Origin: Bugula neritina
Taxonomy: Eukaryota > Animalia > Bryozoa
Assembly (NCBI GenBank): GCA_964035545.1
Contig: OZ037768.1
Span: forward strand, 4,248,741-4,312,740
Length of the DNA stretch: 64,000 nucleotides
Direction of reading: 5' to 3'
Positions 22,859 through 36,110 of this stretch are shown piece by piece; the stretch's first letter is position 1; the number at the start of each line of letters is the position of its first letter. A program made the translations under genes and the position numbers. The notes beneath the pieces were generated by a model. That model was not told where the DNA came from. It worked only from the letters and a program-made list of their open reading frames with translations, and did not search any database.

Positions 22859-25800
22859 TTAGACGGCAGTGCTATGACGATGATGCCGTGACCTGCCTCG
22901 TCGTACTCGCTGCCTGCTGCCTGACCTCTGATTAGATGGAGTGACTAGAGGGTGGGGAGGTTGAATACTGGACACGGCAATGTTCTTAGATGCATATGTA
23001 GCTTCACTGGCTGTATCATAGTTCTCTATCAGGCCGATTTCATACGCTCTTTTGGAGGCGGTTTGTACAGCATTTATCAGTGCAAACCTGAATCCGGACT
23101 TCTCCAGGTCAAACACTCCACTCATGGTAGAGCCTGAAGGAGAGCAAACAGAGTCTTTCAACTCTCCAGGGTGAATTCCACTTTCTAGAACCATCTTTGC
23201 TGAGCCCTACAAACCATAACCAACAATAAGTACTACAGATGATGAGCTAATTATTTCACAAATTTGACACCAACAAAATACATTTCTAAAATATTGAGAT
23301 ATATGGGAGAACTTCAGAGTCACTTTTTCAACTATGCTTGTATCTTCAATATTGGAAACACTTCCCTTTATGTTACAATTTACAACCAAATCTTTATAAT
23401 AAAAGCACAATTTAGCTAAACTTGTAAAATGAAATTACGCTGAGAAGCAAAGAAATGTGTACATACAATCATAGTTTGAGCAGCTAATCTCATCGCAGTC
23501 TCTCTGGGTAGTCCCATTTTAACCCCACCATCTGAGAGGGCTTCTAAACACATGAACATCTGCAACATGCACAAGTGTAGACAAATCTCAAAAGCAGAGA
23601 TAAATAAACTATTTTTCTAAGTTTATGTCAAGTAGATTTATAATATTATTTTATGAACAAGTAGGATAGGTTTACTTCAAATCTAAAAGTTTTTTAATGA
23701 AGTGAGATATTTCATGCTTTGAATAAGAACACTTCAGTTAAATCTATAAAAATTAGAAAATTCCTGAGAGATATTTATAAGGTGTAAATAAAAAGGCAGG
23801 AATAAACACCAGATTTGTGACAAGATGGGCTAGTGTAGCATTGCAAAGCAGACAAACATAAATAGAATAACTAAATATCTTTGGAGTAAACCAAATTGGT
23901 GCCCCTTTTCAACTTTTTTAGCATTAGAGAATACAATCAGGTAATTATTTATTCGTATTATTGAAATAATGTTGGTGTAACACTACTCAAACAAAATAGT
24001 CCCAAAGTTGCAAACAAAACTTATCGCAATCTAACAGTAATTTATACATATTAAAGACTTGACTTACTTAAATTTAACAACTCTTGGGCAGGAAAAATTT
24101 TTAAAAAGGTTTTGGGTAAATAAAAAAGGTCTCGCTGTAAATCTGGTACACTTGATTAACTGAAATAAATGCTGAAATAAAATATATACTAAGAAAATGC
24201 AAGTTCATAAGAGAAGACAACTTCATGATAGAAACGGTAGAAACTAACATAAGCTGGTCCACTGCCACTAAGTCCAGTCACAGCATCTAAATGCTTCTCC
24301 GCCATCTCCTCACACAGTCCGAATGTAGACATGAGATTCTGTACAAGATCACCATCAGAGGGAAGGGTGTGAGGCCCCCGTGAGAATACTGTAGCACCAT
24401 ATTGAACAAGGGCTGGCGTGTTGGACATCAGTCTCACCACTCTACTACCAGCTGGCAGAGTCTGCAGCAGAATATTTATATGCTAATACGATGTGGTTTA
24501 GGAAACCATACCATGCCATGCCCTATGAATATACATGACAGAAATATTAGATTTCAGGCTATAAATAGCGAACAAGCAATCATTTTTCACATGTGACACT
24601 TCCACCATATATAACATCTTCAATACATTAATATGGCATTCGATTTTAAATAAAAAAGCAAAACGACATCCTTCAAATAAATACCAACAAAAAGCAGTGC
24701 TTATTTGAAGAATTGTAACCTATACAATATCAGATTGTAATATTCTAATACAGGTGTTCCAACTATTCACCATATAATATATACACTACTCTCAGTTGGT
24801 TTACATATCTTCATAGGTAAACACATAAGATTACACTCAGATGTAGCGAGGCATCAGTTCGTTGACCCAGAAAGATAAAGTATCATTAATCAAAGACACC
24901 TGAAGCCCTGGTATTACTAACAGCTGGAATACAGAGGCACGTGAATGTCATTTATTATTGCAGCCCATTCAAGCGTGAAATGTATACCTTGAAGACACCC
25001 AATGCATACATTTAGTTTACTTGTATGCAGTTGATGGTGGTAAAGGTATACTTGTACAGACTTAATGAACAACATGGACGATTATGTTGACTTTTACTGC
25101 ATACAAAATTCAACAGTATAACTTAAATAACGCAGGTATAAACTAAAAAAAGTTATGCTGTGTGCTGTATAGTGCAACATGAGTATTGCAATACTGCATA
25201 CCCTACAACTCATGCATATACAGTGTAACTCATGTATATACACTATAACTCATGTATTGTATATACACTGCAGCACCAGTGAAGTCTGCTAAGAGTAGTA
25301 AACATAATGTTACCTGCTGCATAGTGTCAATGCTAATTCCTGCAGCCACTGAAATCACGAGGTGATCCTTTGTTATGGAAGGATAAATGTCTGTTAATAT
25401 TCGTCTAACCATGTTGGGCTTAACGGCCATAACAATGATATCACTGTTCTCCACTATTGTTCTATTACACTGGGTGGTCCTCGTACCCATTGCCTAGTTG
25501 GAAGAGATAGTATATCCAGCATTTTACAGAAGAGTGACTGTATTCTCCAGAGAAAATCTGTATTTACAAGATAAATTTAGCTTTAGATCTTATACAAAGA
25601 AAAGAGGGGGAGAGGGGAACTAACCTCCCAACACGTGAGAACTCGACCATCTGGATCACTGGCCATAATCTGCTCAGCTCTCAGGATTCCTAAAGCACCA
25701 AGTCCATTAAACAATATATTGCAGGTAAAATCAGTTTGATGTCAGATTAAATCGAATAAATTATATCTGCAGGTAGAAATCTGTATCACTTAAATACCTG

Positions 25801-25861
25801 ATCTCACAATTCCTTTGCACATAGCTTGGGCCATTTTGCCAGCACCAATAAAGCCCACCAT
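22859..25861 (-). CDS. PYCR: Pyrroline-5-carboxylate reductase; exons 25861-25798, 25689-25625, 25493-25314, 24461-24249, 23559-23467, 23206-22859
   Basis: MVGFIGAGKMAQA (Rossmann), MAVKP, ISVAAGI, RLMSNTP, DAVTGLSGSGPAY, EALSDGGVKMGLPR, HPGELKDSVCSPSGST. Phases are consistent. Confidence 0.96.
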
Positions 25862-27539
25862 TATGGTTGACTAAGGATAACAACATAAATCTACAACATA
25901 ATACATCGTCATGGCAACCGCTTAGCACCCACTTCATACATTGCATCAGCTTTATACAGTAAATGCTATTTGAAGTAGATCCTAACATGGCAGCTTTTTA
26001 ACATAAAATATGCTAATACATTTCCCTGCTACACTAACAGTTTGTCATTATGGAAACTGTTGGTATCCGTTCCCAATGTTCAGTTTGAAGACAGAAAATT
26101 ACTCTGTATTTACCATGTGATTAGAACGAAATATTTTTAAAATAATTATTTAGTAGAACATTGAGCATAACTTTTACATAAACCTGATTAACTGACTATA
26201 CATAAAATAAATAAATGACAATCATTTAGGTTTCCCCTATCTAGCCTAAATCAGGGCCAGTGATTTGTTTTATACCACACCAGTATTTGAAATAGCTAAT
26301 CCCCCACTCCAACACGAACACTACGGAACTAAGTCTACCCTTAGTTTGAACAGCCACAGTTATGAACCTAATAGATTAATAAGTGGAAGTTACTATTTTA
26401 AATCAGCACTACATAAACTCAACTAAAGATCAGAACCCATGCTACATAGCCTCCGGTACTTGCTGACCACAGAGTGTTGTTACTTATTGATCTGAAATAG
26501 TTTATAATTATCATTTCTAAAATAATTGACTTGACTGTACAGCTAGTTGAACTGACTCAAAAACTTACAACAAGTTCTGAAAATTTAAAAAAGAAAACCT
26601 CAAATCATATAAGATATTTTTACATATTTCCTATATCTATATCAATATTTGGTAACTTAGTAGCTTTTTTTAAAATAAGTAAAATATTAAACTAACTTAA
26701 GTTTTAATAGATTTGCTGGATAGAGTTATTAATTGCTGATTACATTGCTACACCAGTTGCTTTCTATAATAGTTAAAGAGTAATTTAACAGCTAAAACTG
26801 GAACTATCTATTGATTATTGTAATTTGAGCTTCTGAAAGCACATTTATAATAAAATTAAACCACACATCTATTAACTCAATTTTCAACTTAAAAATATAT
26901 TTTTAACTGTACATTGCAAATATTAACTTGCCATAAAATAGTGCTATGTCAATTTGAATTGTTGCTAACAGATCTGAGCTAATAACTTTCTTACCTTAGA
27001 TTGGATTTAAATTTGTCTGCTTAAACACAAAGTGATTTGACTTGGCCAGCTATTGATTTAGCATGATTTGATGACCCATGATTTTGCATGTATACTAAAT
27101 AACAGTAATAACACCTTAGACTTCTCTTACAACATTATTAGTTCATTTATTACTAGATGAAATCTACAAATAAATTAAAAATTAAGATTAAAGTACAACT
27201 TGAGGTCATATTAGACTTTCAGTGTAAAAATTTATTAATCAAACTCAGACTAACATCATTAATTTCCTTATTATTTTCATAATTTCCATGATAATTAAAA
27301 ATCCAAATCAAGGTAAAGACAATTTGTTTTTGTTACATTTACTTGATCTGACTCTCCCATCACATTACGAAAAAGTAAATCAGTAAATGTAACTAGTTTG
27401 AGTTTAAAGTATTTTTTGCTATCTTACTTTTACTTGGTTTTGAGTAAAAAAATTTAACATCAAAATTATAAAGAAAAAGTAAAAGAGCCCAGATTGCCAT
27501 TCGGTCTACATTCTAATAAGTACAAACAAAAACAATAAC

Positions 27540-28120
27540 TTATATTCAATTTCGTATTGCCATAACTATGACACTGACTACCACCTTAAGTATAACTATT
27601 ACTATAAATTATTATTATTGCAATTATTAATATCTATATAAATTATGACTATGACCATGAGCATGATCCATTAAATTTACTATTATATTTATATAATTAA
27701 AATATAATACTACTAGCACTATTGCTACTGCTGCTGCTATTAATACTACTGCTACTATTACTACTTCTAGCATTAGTAGTAGTACTACTACTACTACTAC
27801 TAGTACTACTACTACTACTACTGCTGCTATTACTAGTACTACTAGTAGTACTAGTAATACTATTATTATTAAATTGAATATTCACCATTTTAATCTAGTA
27901 TTACTATTAGTATTACTTGAACTTATCTAGTAGTAGTTCTACTTACTCTTACAGTCAAGTTACAGTTACTTTTAGTCTTACTCTTAGAATTGGTAATACT
28001 ATTACTATTAGTATTACTAATACTAATAGTAATAGTAATACTAATAGACTTATGGTAATATTAATACTAATAGTAATACTAATAGTAATACTAATACTAA
28101 TAGTAATAATCTTATAATTC
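27540..28120. repeat. Composite (TAC)n/(TAA)n and hexamer tract between the divergent PYCR and GPCR genes
   Basis: Runs of TACTACTAC, TAATACTAATAG and related units. Confidence 0.85.
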
Positions 28121-30469
28121 AAATTATAAATAATAAATTAAAGTATAATGAATTGAAACTTTCAGCAATTTGAGCCCTTATTATCATTATCTGAATTGTA
28201 AAATCAATGTTTATGATAAACGTGGTTAGTAAGCAAAGACGCTATGCTTACTGTAAACTTAAAGAAAAAAACACCTGAATAAATATTAAATTTTGCAACA
28301 CAAAGCCACCCAGAGTACTACTACGTTTAAAGCTGGTGAAATTAAAGAGAATGAGAAACCTAACTATAGCAAAAGAAACTGATGAAATGTAGAACAAAAC
28401 TGGTATGCAGGTAAAGTAGTTCTTAAATTAGTCAGAAAAATAATTGCGTGCATGTTTGTTACTTGCGCACCTCTTTCTTTCTTTTAACAGCTGGTAACCA
28501 TGGTTTCTGCAAGTCATGAATTTTTTAGTTATTTTATATAATTTTCTTATTTAAAAGTATTATTACAAACAGTTAATTTATATACAATTATTTTTATGTG
28601 CTAGTTTTGATAGAAATGTTGCAAGTCGGTAAGGTTGCGCAGAAATACCATAGAGAAGCATCAACATGGCCGTAATACCCACCATTCAAATGGTAGAGTT
28701 TTACTTTTAGTATGCGAGTAAATAACGCGACCTTGTTTTCATTTTGCTCAGTAACAGCGTCAGTCTTTTGATTTAAATAAGATACAAACTGTTTAATTTG
28801 CATATTCTTGTAATTATTATTCTAACAGCTTTACTAGACTTGAACTAAAATGCAATCAGCAATGTAGATGGTTGATTGATTAAAAATGAATCAGATTGAG
28901 ATTACCAATATCACCAACTTAATATATCAAATTTGATGTTGAAGTTATTTTAAAACTTAAACAAAGTAAGTAAATTTTGATGTTCAAGAATAACTTTATC
29001 AATATCAGCTTGTGTTGATATTTATGGTATGTCAGTATGAATAATTATTTTATAACTATAGCATTATGATTAACTAGCAGTAAAACCAACAGTAACTAAC
29101 TAAAGTTGTAGCTAATCACAAATCAGTCTCCCTGTTACTATTAGGCTGTTAGTGTGAGTATGAATAAATATTATTATATAATCATTTATTTTAAATTTCT
29201 CACAGATAGTTAAACTTGATGATGTAACCAATGGCTATAAAGTTGAACAATTTACAGTATCACTATCAGTACTATATCTATATAGTATATACTTATGGCT
29301 TAACTTTAACTATACAAATATATTAGTGACTAATATAATTAGAAATATAAATTTAAATGTTTATTTTAAAATTTAATGCAATGTTATACTATTATTCGTA
29401 TTATTTTTATAATCATATTGAATCCTATTTTTATCTCACAAATAGTTTTGGGTTTTAGTATAAAACATGTTATTATAATATCAAGTCCAATTTTAAATAA
29501 TATAACTAAAAATGATTTCAATTAGATTTATGAAAATATAAAAGTTTAACACAATTAACTTATCAAAATTAGTGCTAACTGTAGCAATCTTATGTGGCTA
29601 AAAGTTTTCAGTTTTATTTCAAGGAGCTAAAATAATATAATAATGATTTTAGATAAAATTGTTTCTTTTGCAAATTAATAATTGTAGTTAATTTGGTTCA
29701 AGTGATAAAACAAAACTTATATTTATTAAAATTATTGCAAATTTTCTGCTGCTGAGTTTAAAAATAAATGATTACTCTTGATAGTTGGAAAGTATAAAAA
29801 TCATGTTGGTTTTATCTGAAAGAGCATAATGACTATCGTTTGATTATTTAAAAAAAAAGTATAGCCATTCATAGACAACATACTGCATGTCACACTAACT
29901 TAAATGCAAAAAATAATGCACTATTAAATATATCTAGTAATAGGCTTGTGTTTGACATTTAAATAACATGTCAATTCTTTCATGTATTTTTATAATATAT
30001 CTTAAAATTTAATTTTCACGTATTTTATGCGTATTATTTTAATCCTAATTTTTTATTTTTAGTAAATATCATGTCTTTAGATGCAAGTCAATCTCTTCTT
30101 GCATGAGTCAATTTTTAGGCAGCTGAAAGTTACAAAATGTAGATTAATTGTTGAAAAGATTTAAGGTTCTTAGTTCAACTGTGTTGAAGAAAATTTTATC
30201 CTACTTAGGGTTCCAGGAAAATTTTACTGCATGCATTTGTTTTAGGTTTCATTATATTTCATAGTGACAGCTGATCAGATTTACTAATTGTATAATGTAA
30301 CACCAGTTACACTGCAATAATCAATAATAGTGAAAGGGTATTGTTCAATATCAACAAATCACTTGAATACTTTGGCCCACATACCGCATGGTTTTCATCT
30401 ATTTATTAATAATAATTGTTTTAGATACAAATGGAACAGCTGATCTGCTATCACTAATGACATACAACG

Positions 30470-33400
30470 ATGTCTTCAACTACTGTGAGACCTGGGCTGG
30501 TAGAAAGGACATCTACACTTGCCATCATAACACTCTTAGCGTTTCTAGGAAATTTACTGCTCCTTGTAACTGTCGTGCAAAGCTCTGCTTTACGACAAAC
30601 ACATTTCAACAAACACATCATCAATGTTGCCATATTGAATTTGCTGACTTCAATCATATGTCTGCCTATGGTTATTGGTTATTCAGTCACTAGTCAATGG
30701 GATTATGGGGAACTAGTTGCGTGTAAGCTATTTGCCCACCTGCTCACGTCTGCAACAATATGTATGTGTCTTAGTATACTTGCCATGAACTTTGACCGTC
30801 TAATAGCAGTCAGTAATCCAGACTTGTATGCTACTCGTATGAACTCTGTCAAAACAGCATTTCTGATAATTCTTGTCTGGTTAGTAGCCATATTGTTTCC
30901 TTTGCCACTGAGTTTAGGTGTTATACCAACTAGTCCACATCCTGCCAGATATGTTTGTACAATATCAGCTCTCAGTTCTCTTAAATTCCTCGTGCCAATG
31001 TATACTATCTGCTTCGGATTTCCTGCCGTGCTGAATATATTAATTTTTATATATGTAACAAAGGAAGCTATGAGTGAAAAGGAGGCCGAGAGTAGAGGCT
31101 CAGTCAATCGGCCAAATTCAACTATTAGACTTTGGCCTGAAGTTCAGACGGCAGGTGTGGTTTTTATTCTTTTTCTTCTCTGGGCAATTTCCGAACTGCC
31201 ATACATTATACTCTCATCTATAGAACAGTATATTACGTCGGCTGAAGTTGATCAGGAATTCAATTATTCACCTGACCTTGACACTACGTTTATGTGGCTC
31301 AAATTTTGCAATACCTTCGCTTTACCTCTTGTAATTTTTAAATGGAGAAAAGACATTTGGCAAAAGTTCAAGGATCTGATATTTTGCCGAAAAAGTAACA
31401 GCGTGGTGGATGCATCTCCCAGACCTGAAAAGCATCCGACGAGCAAACAAAAACCTAAAACTCAAGTTTCAGTAAATCAAGCAAGTAGTACTCCTAAATT
31501 CCAGGCTTCTTTTCCAATACCTACAATAAAAGCTTCCAAGGATGGTCTGCATGTCCATGGCAATATAGATGACGACGATGAGGATTGTGGGATATTTTAT
31601 GCCAACCTTGATATCACTGGTCAGCTAGATCAATTACATAACCCTGCAGTGGATGATAGTTCTTGTGCTCAAGGTAAGTTGATTAATTATATAAATGGAG
31701 TAGTTTTATGAGCAGCTCTGAGTTGGGGGTGACTGAGTGCGGTAGTTGGGAATTTTCGAGTTTGGAGTTGGAATATAAGTTGGAACTTGAGACTCCAAAC
31801 TCAAGAATCCCCAACTGTTGCACTCAGTCACCCCCAACTTGAAGCTGCTTATAAATTGATTCGTATAAATAAGCGCTTTTAACTATAGCCATGGTTTCTG
31901 CTAATAACTAATCGAACTATGCCCGATCAACTGACTGAAAATTAGTCTACAATTTGTTCGAATGATATGAGATAAAAGTAATGAGTAATAATTAAATAGT
32001 AAAGTCTGTCCTATTAGTCATTCATTCACTTGGTTAGTTGCTGTAGATGTAGATATGGGTGACACAAGTGATTACGAGACAGATCCATACTCTCAGTCTG
32101 ATCCCATATCAGTAAACCACCACTCTAGAACTAACTCAGCTGCTGCAGCTGGCAAAGAGTTGCGATCTAAAGCTAACAGCATATCCGTTCTTTCCCAAGA
32201 TTCAGGTATGTATTATGTTATCCAACATACAGGAACATTTGCAAATACTTTTGTGCTGTTTTTGATTAACTTTTGTTTTATTAGCTACAATATTAAAAAT
32301 ATTTTAATTAGCTTAATTTTCTTTTGTAAGATCCTTATAAATCCTGGTTTGTGGGCTAACGAATTCTCATTAAAATACATAGTGCATGCCTACAGTTGCA
32401 GCTTTTAGCAAGAAGCAAAATACTGAATAGGACACTTCAAAATTAAAAAAGTTTTTATTTTTTTTACATGTTCTTCTTTCTTTCACAATACAAAGTTTTG
32501 ACGGCATTATATGTTTCTACATAAAATATGACAGGATTTGGTGCTCACAACATTAGGTTTTAAATCGCATATAATGTTCATAGACAGGCTTCCTCAGGTC
32601 TCTAAACATGTTATGCTGGATAGAAAAAAGATTTGAGGCTACACATTCTTTCATCTTTTTGATTTACTGATAAGCAGAGTTAAGCACCTTTTGATATTCT
32701 TAAAAATTAATCAAATTTGTTCTGCCATGTGTGTTTAAAGTTTATAATTGTAAGAAATGGAACAATAAAGTTAGTAGTTGAACTCACTGACACTATAAAC
32801 ACACTCATTCTGGGCACTCCGGGAGCTATTGCAGCACATTAGCACATTAACTTGCTTGAACAAAATTGATTTAACTTGATTTTATAAGGAAATAACTGTT
32901 GAATAAATAACTAATTATTATATTTGGCTTGTCAGTTGAAACAAATTGAAAATCAATTTTTATAAACATAATTTTAGTTCTGACAATTCAAATACCTATA
33001 ATGAAAGAATCTACCTTTGTGACAAACAATGCTACTTCAGTTTTATACGCTGCAATCTACAATATTATGTTTTGTATCATTCACTGGTGAAAAACAATGG
33101 CGGCTCTGCATTGCAATAAAATACAGCATTTTTCACAGTGATGCTTGTATATCAAGAAAAAGACATTACTAGTGTAAGGTTTTTTCTTTTTTTTATATAT
33201 GAAAGGGGATCATTATTTGAGCAAAAAAGTGTACGTTATAGAGAAATGAAATTCGAACATCTTTCAACAATGTTTTCACCCGGTTTCTTTTTAAATAATT
33301 AATATTCCAACTTGGTTTACCCAAGTAGCTGTTTTGTTATCATGAGATGAAAACCATTATCAAAAAATGTTTTTTAAAAATATTGTTTTATTGCATTGTG

Positions 33401-36110
33401 GACAGACCTTTAAAATTTGGATATTTTTATTGCAAAGAAAACATTAATGAAATATAAAGTAATAATGTATAAAAATTTCTAAGAAGCCCCAAAACCTTTC
33501 ACAATTACATTGTTTGTGCAATGTACATGCTTGTCACGTTTCCCCTGTGCAATATTACCAATAAAACTTCTTTTCACAGACACAGTATTGTGTGTTAAAC
33601 CGTAGCTGAATACGCAATGACTGAATGAATGCAATCATGACTGCAGGGCATGGGCCTTGCTGTCTATTATCCCTATAGGATAATACGACAGCAAACAAGT
33701 TTAATGGCCAAGCCAATATTATTGATTTGAATAGTCCTAACTCTGTTAAAATAATTGGAATTTAATGTTATTGTATTAGTGCAAGTTGATAAATATAGAA
33801 ACATGTACGTTACTTCAAACAGCTCATTCACAGCTTGTACACTGGCCAGTGTCTTACCAAAAAGAGGCATAAATATATTGTTGATAGCTGTATATCATGA
33901 TATTAAATTGTCTGGTGAAGCAGAATATTATAAATTAACTTTGACTATCAGGTCCTTTGTAACAGTTCTAGTTTGTATAGTTTGTAATTATACATTATAA
34001 TTACATATAAAGCACGCTAATATTTAAACACCATCAAAATTTGAATTGATGAAGTTTACTCTATGCTTTGATTTAAAGTTTGTAGAGATAACAACTCCAA
34101 CCTTTTATCTAAATTAACCCAACTACTTGTACAATGTAGCTTCTATTTCATGGAAAAATTTAGCTAGCCTGTTGCTAATTTTTTATGTAATTTATTTTTG
34201 CAGGAAATGGGTCAGCTTCAAGTTCTGTAAAAAAGAAGCGGCGTAAAAAACGAGCAATCGCCGATATCAACATCGAAAATGATCGAATTGTTGCAGCAAG
34301 TAGCCTAAGTATTAACCAGTCACTATCAACAAGTAACGCGGAGCTTGACCTCCCCCCAACTAGTCTAGACAGCACCGTATCTGAAACTAAATCTAACAGC
34401 AATAATAACACCGAACTAATACACAATGCTGAAGTTATCCAGACATTAGATTCTGACATATCCAAACCAACTAAACATAAAAAGAAAAAGAAGAAGAAAA
34501 ATAAGAATATAATTGATGCAGAAACTAACACAACTCAAAGACTAGGTATGGAGCTGACAGAAAGGAAGAAACCCCCTCCTAGACTCTCCCCTATAGACCC
34601 AGGGGTTATCCAGAAGTCGATGGGTAGGATGGCCACCCCTCCTTTGAGAGGTAAAGTCCCACACAACAATGACCTGAGCATTCTACCTCCAACTGGACTC
34701 TCACAGGACAGGCGGAGAAAGACTCACTCAGCTGATGATGCAGCAGGTGGGTGACCAAACATCCTGGGAGTTTATAGCGTTGTGTGCGGGCTCAAGTCAG
34801 TGGCTAAACATGGAAATTCGGGTTATAACTTTCACTATTTCTCTCAGAGTTGGTGAAAGTTTAAATCTGAACGACATGTGAATCCTAAGCCTACTAATGT
34901 GTAGACTCAGAACCTACTAATGTGTAGACTAAGAACCTACTAATGTGTAGACTAAGAACCTACTAATGTGTAGACTAAGAACCTACTAATGTGTAGACTA
35001 AGAACCTACTAATGTGTAGACTCAGAGCCTACTAATGTGTAGACTAAGAACCTACTAATGTGTAGACTAAGAACCTACTAATGTGTAGACTAAGAACCTA
35101 CTAATGTGTAGACTAAGAACCTACTAATGTGTAGACTCAGAGCCTACTAATGTGTAAACTAGGAACTGTTTATGTTCCAAGTAACACTGACTTACAGTTG
35201 TTTAGGTCTACATACTCTGTATGCTATAATATATTTAGGTCTACATACTCTGTATGCTATAAGATATCTAGGTCTACATACTCTGTATGCTATAAGATAT
35301 TTAGGTCTACATATTCTGTATGCTATAAGATATTTAGGTCTACATACTCTGTATGCTATAAGATATCTAGGTCTACATACTCTGTATGCTATAATATATT
35401 TAGATCTACATACGCTGTATGCTATAAGATATTTAGGTCTACATACTCTGTATGCTATAAGATATTTAGATCTACATACTCTGTATGCTATAAGATATTT
35501 AGGTCTATATAACTATAAGATGTTTGCTAGGTGACATTTTCTTGATTAATAGGCTGGTTTATTTATAAACATCTTTAGCAATTCTTACCTCAAATCGGCT
35601 TTAGCAGCGTCTCTCCTTGCGCAAGTTCGTATTGTCATCACACATCTGATTTATTACCAACACATTTTATGCATGGAATGAAATTTATCTGGCAAACATT
35701 ATTTATTATATCTAAGATGATGTATTATTTTGGCCTTTTACGTACGTATATGTGTGCACATACCACATAGTTTTATATAAACTTAAATTAAAACTAACAT
35801 GCCTGCCTAATGATGTTTAAATGGTATCAAGTAAAACTTATTTTTTATTCTTTTATGTTGAAATTTGCTAAAAATAAATGCATACATGTATACTCTTTAT
35901 GGTAGTTCATGAAACTTTGACATCATTTCAGAACATGTTCCTTCTGCTGAATCTGATGCTTCAAAATCAACCAATCGAAAGAAGAAATCTTCACGACCAA
36001 GAAACCAATCGGGGGATTCCGAGAAACCTTTAATGGGTTCGAATGCGTCATCGGAGTTGCACTCCCTTACCACTGAGACATATCGAGACTCGTATATCTG
36101 GTTGGTGTGA
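30470..36110 (+). CDS. Orphan rhodopsin-family (class A) GPCR with long C-terminal tail, about 690-700 aa; exons 30470-31673, ~32047-32205, 34204-34746, 35932-36110
   Basis: Seven hydrophobic segments with GN (TM1), W...C (ECL1/TM3), DRL (DRY site), W...P (TM4), FGFP (TM5), LPY (TM6). Three downstream exons join in phase 1 and end at ...YIWLV*. Confidence 0.85.
31705..31855. repeat. Foldback hairpin / MITE-like palindrome in GPCR intron 1
   Basis: Ungapped 64-bp arms (31705-31768 and 31792-31855), 54/64 complementary, 23-nt loop. Confidence 0.9.
34890..35165. repeat. Minisatellite, 12 x 23 bp (CCTACTAATGTGTAGACTAAGAA)
   Basis: Units start every 23 bp from 34890 to 35143; no spacers. Confidence 0.97.
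35201..35507. repeat. Minisatellite, 9 full units plus a partial x 33 bp (TTTAGGTCTACATACTCTGTATGCTATAAGATA)
   Basis: Units start every 33 bp from 35201; internal CATAC-TCT-GTATG hairpin. Confidence 0.97.

Noticed and set aside
20707-28117. ORFs 20707-20889, 27697-27888 and 27917-28117
   Set aside because: Translations of simple repeats (poly-Ser, Ile/Thr); not credible as proteins.
34890-35165. The 23-bp unit resembles Cas12a direct repeats (CTAC-loop-GTAG stem, preceded by CTAAGAAC)
   Set aside because: Units are head-to-tail with no unique spacers, no cas genes are present, and the array lies in a spliceosomal intron of an animal gene. It is a minisatellite, not a CRISPR array.
35150-35534. 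Two 120-aa repetitive ORFs (RSTYSVCYKIF / LGLHTLYAIRY)
   Set aside because: By-products of a stop-free 33-bp repeat inside an intron.
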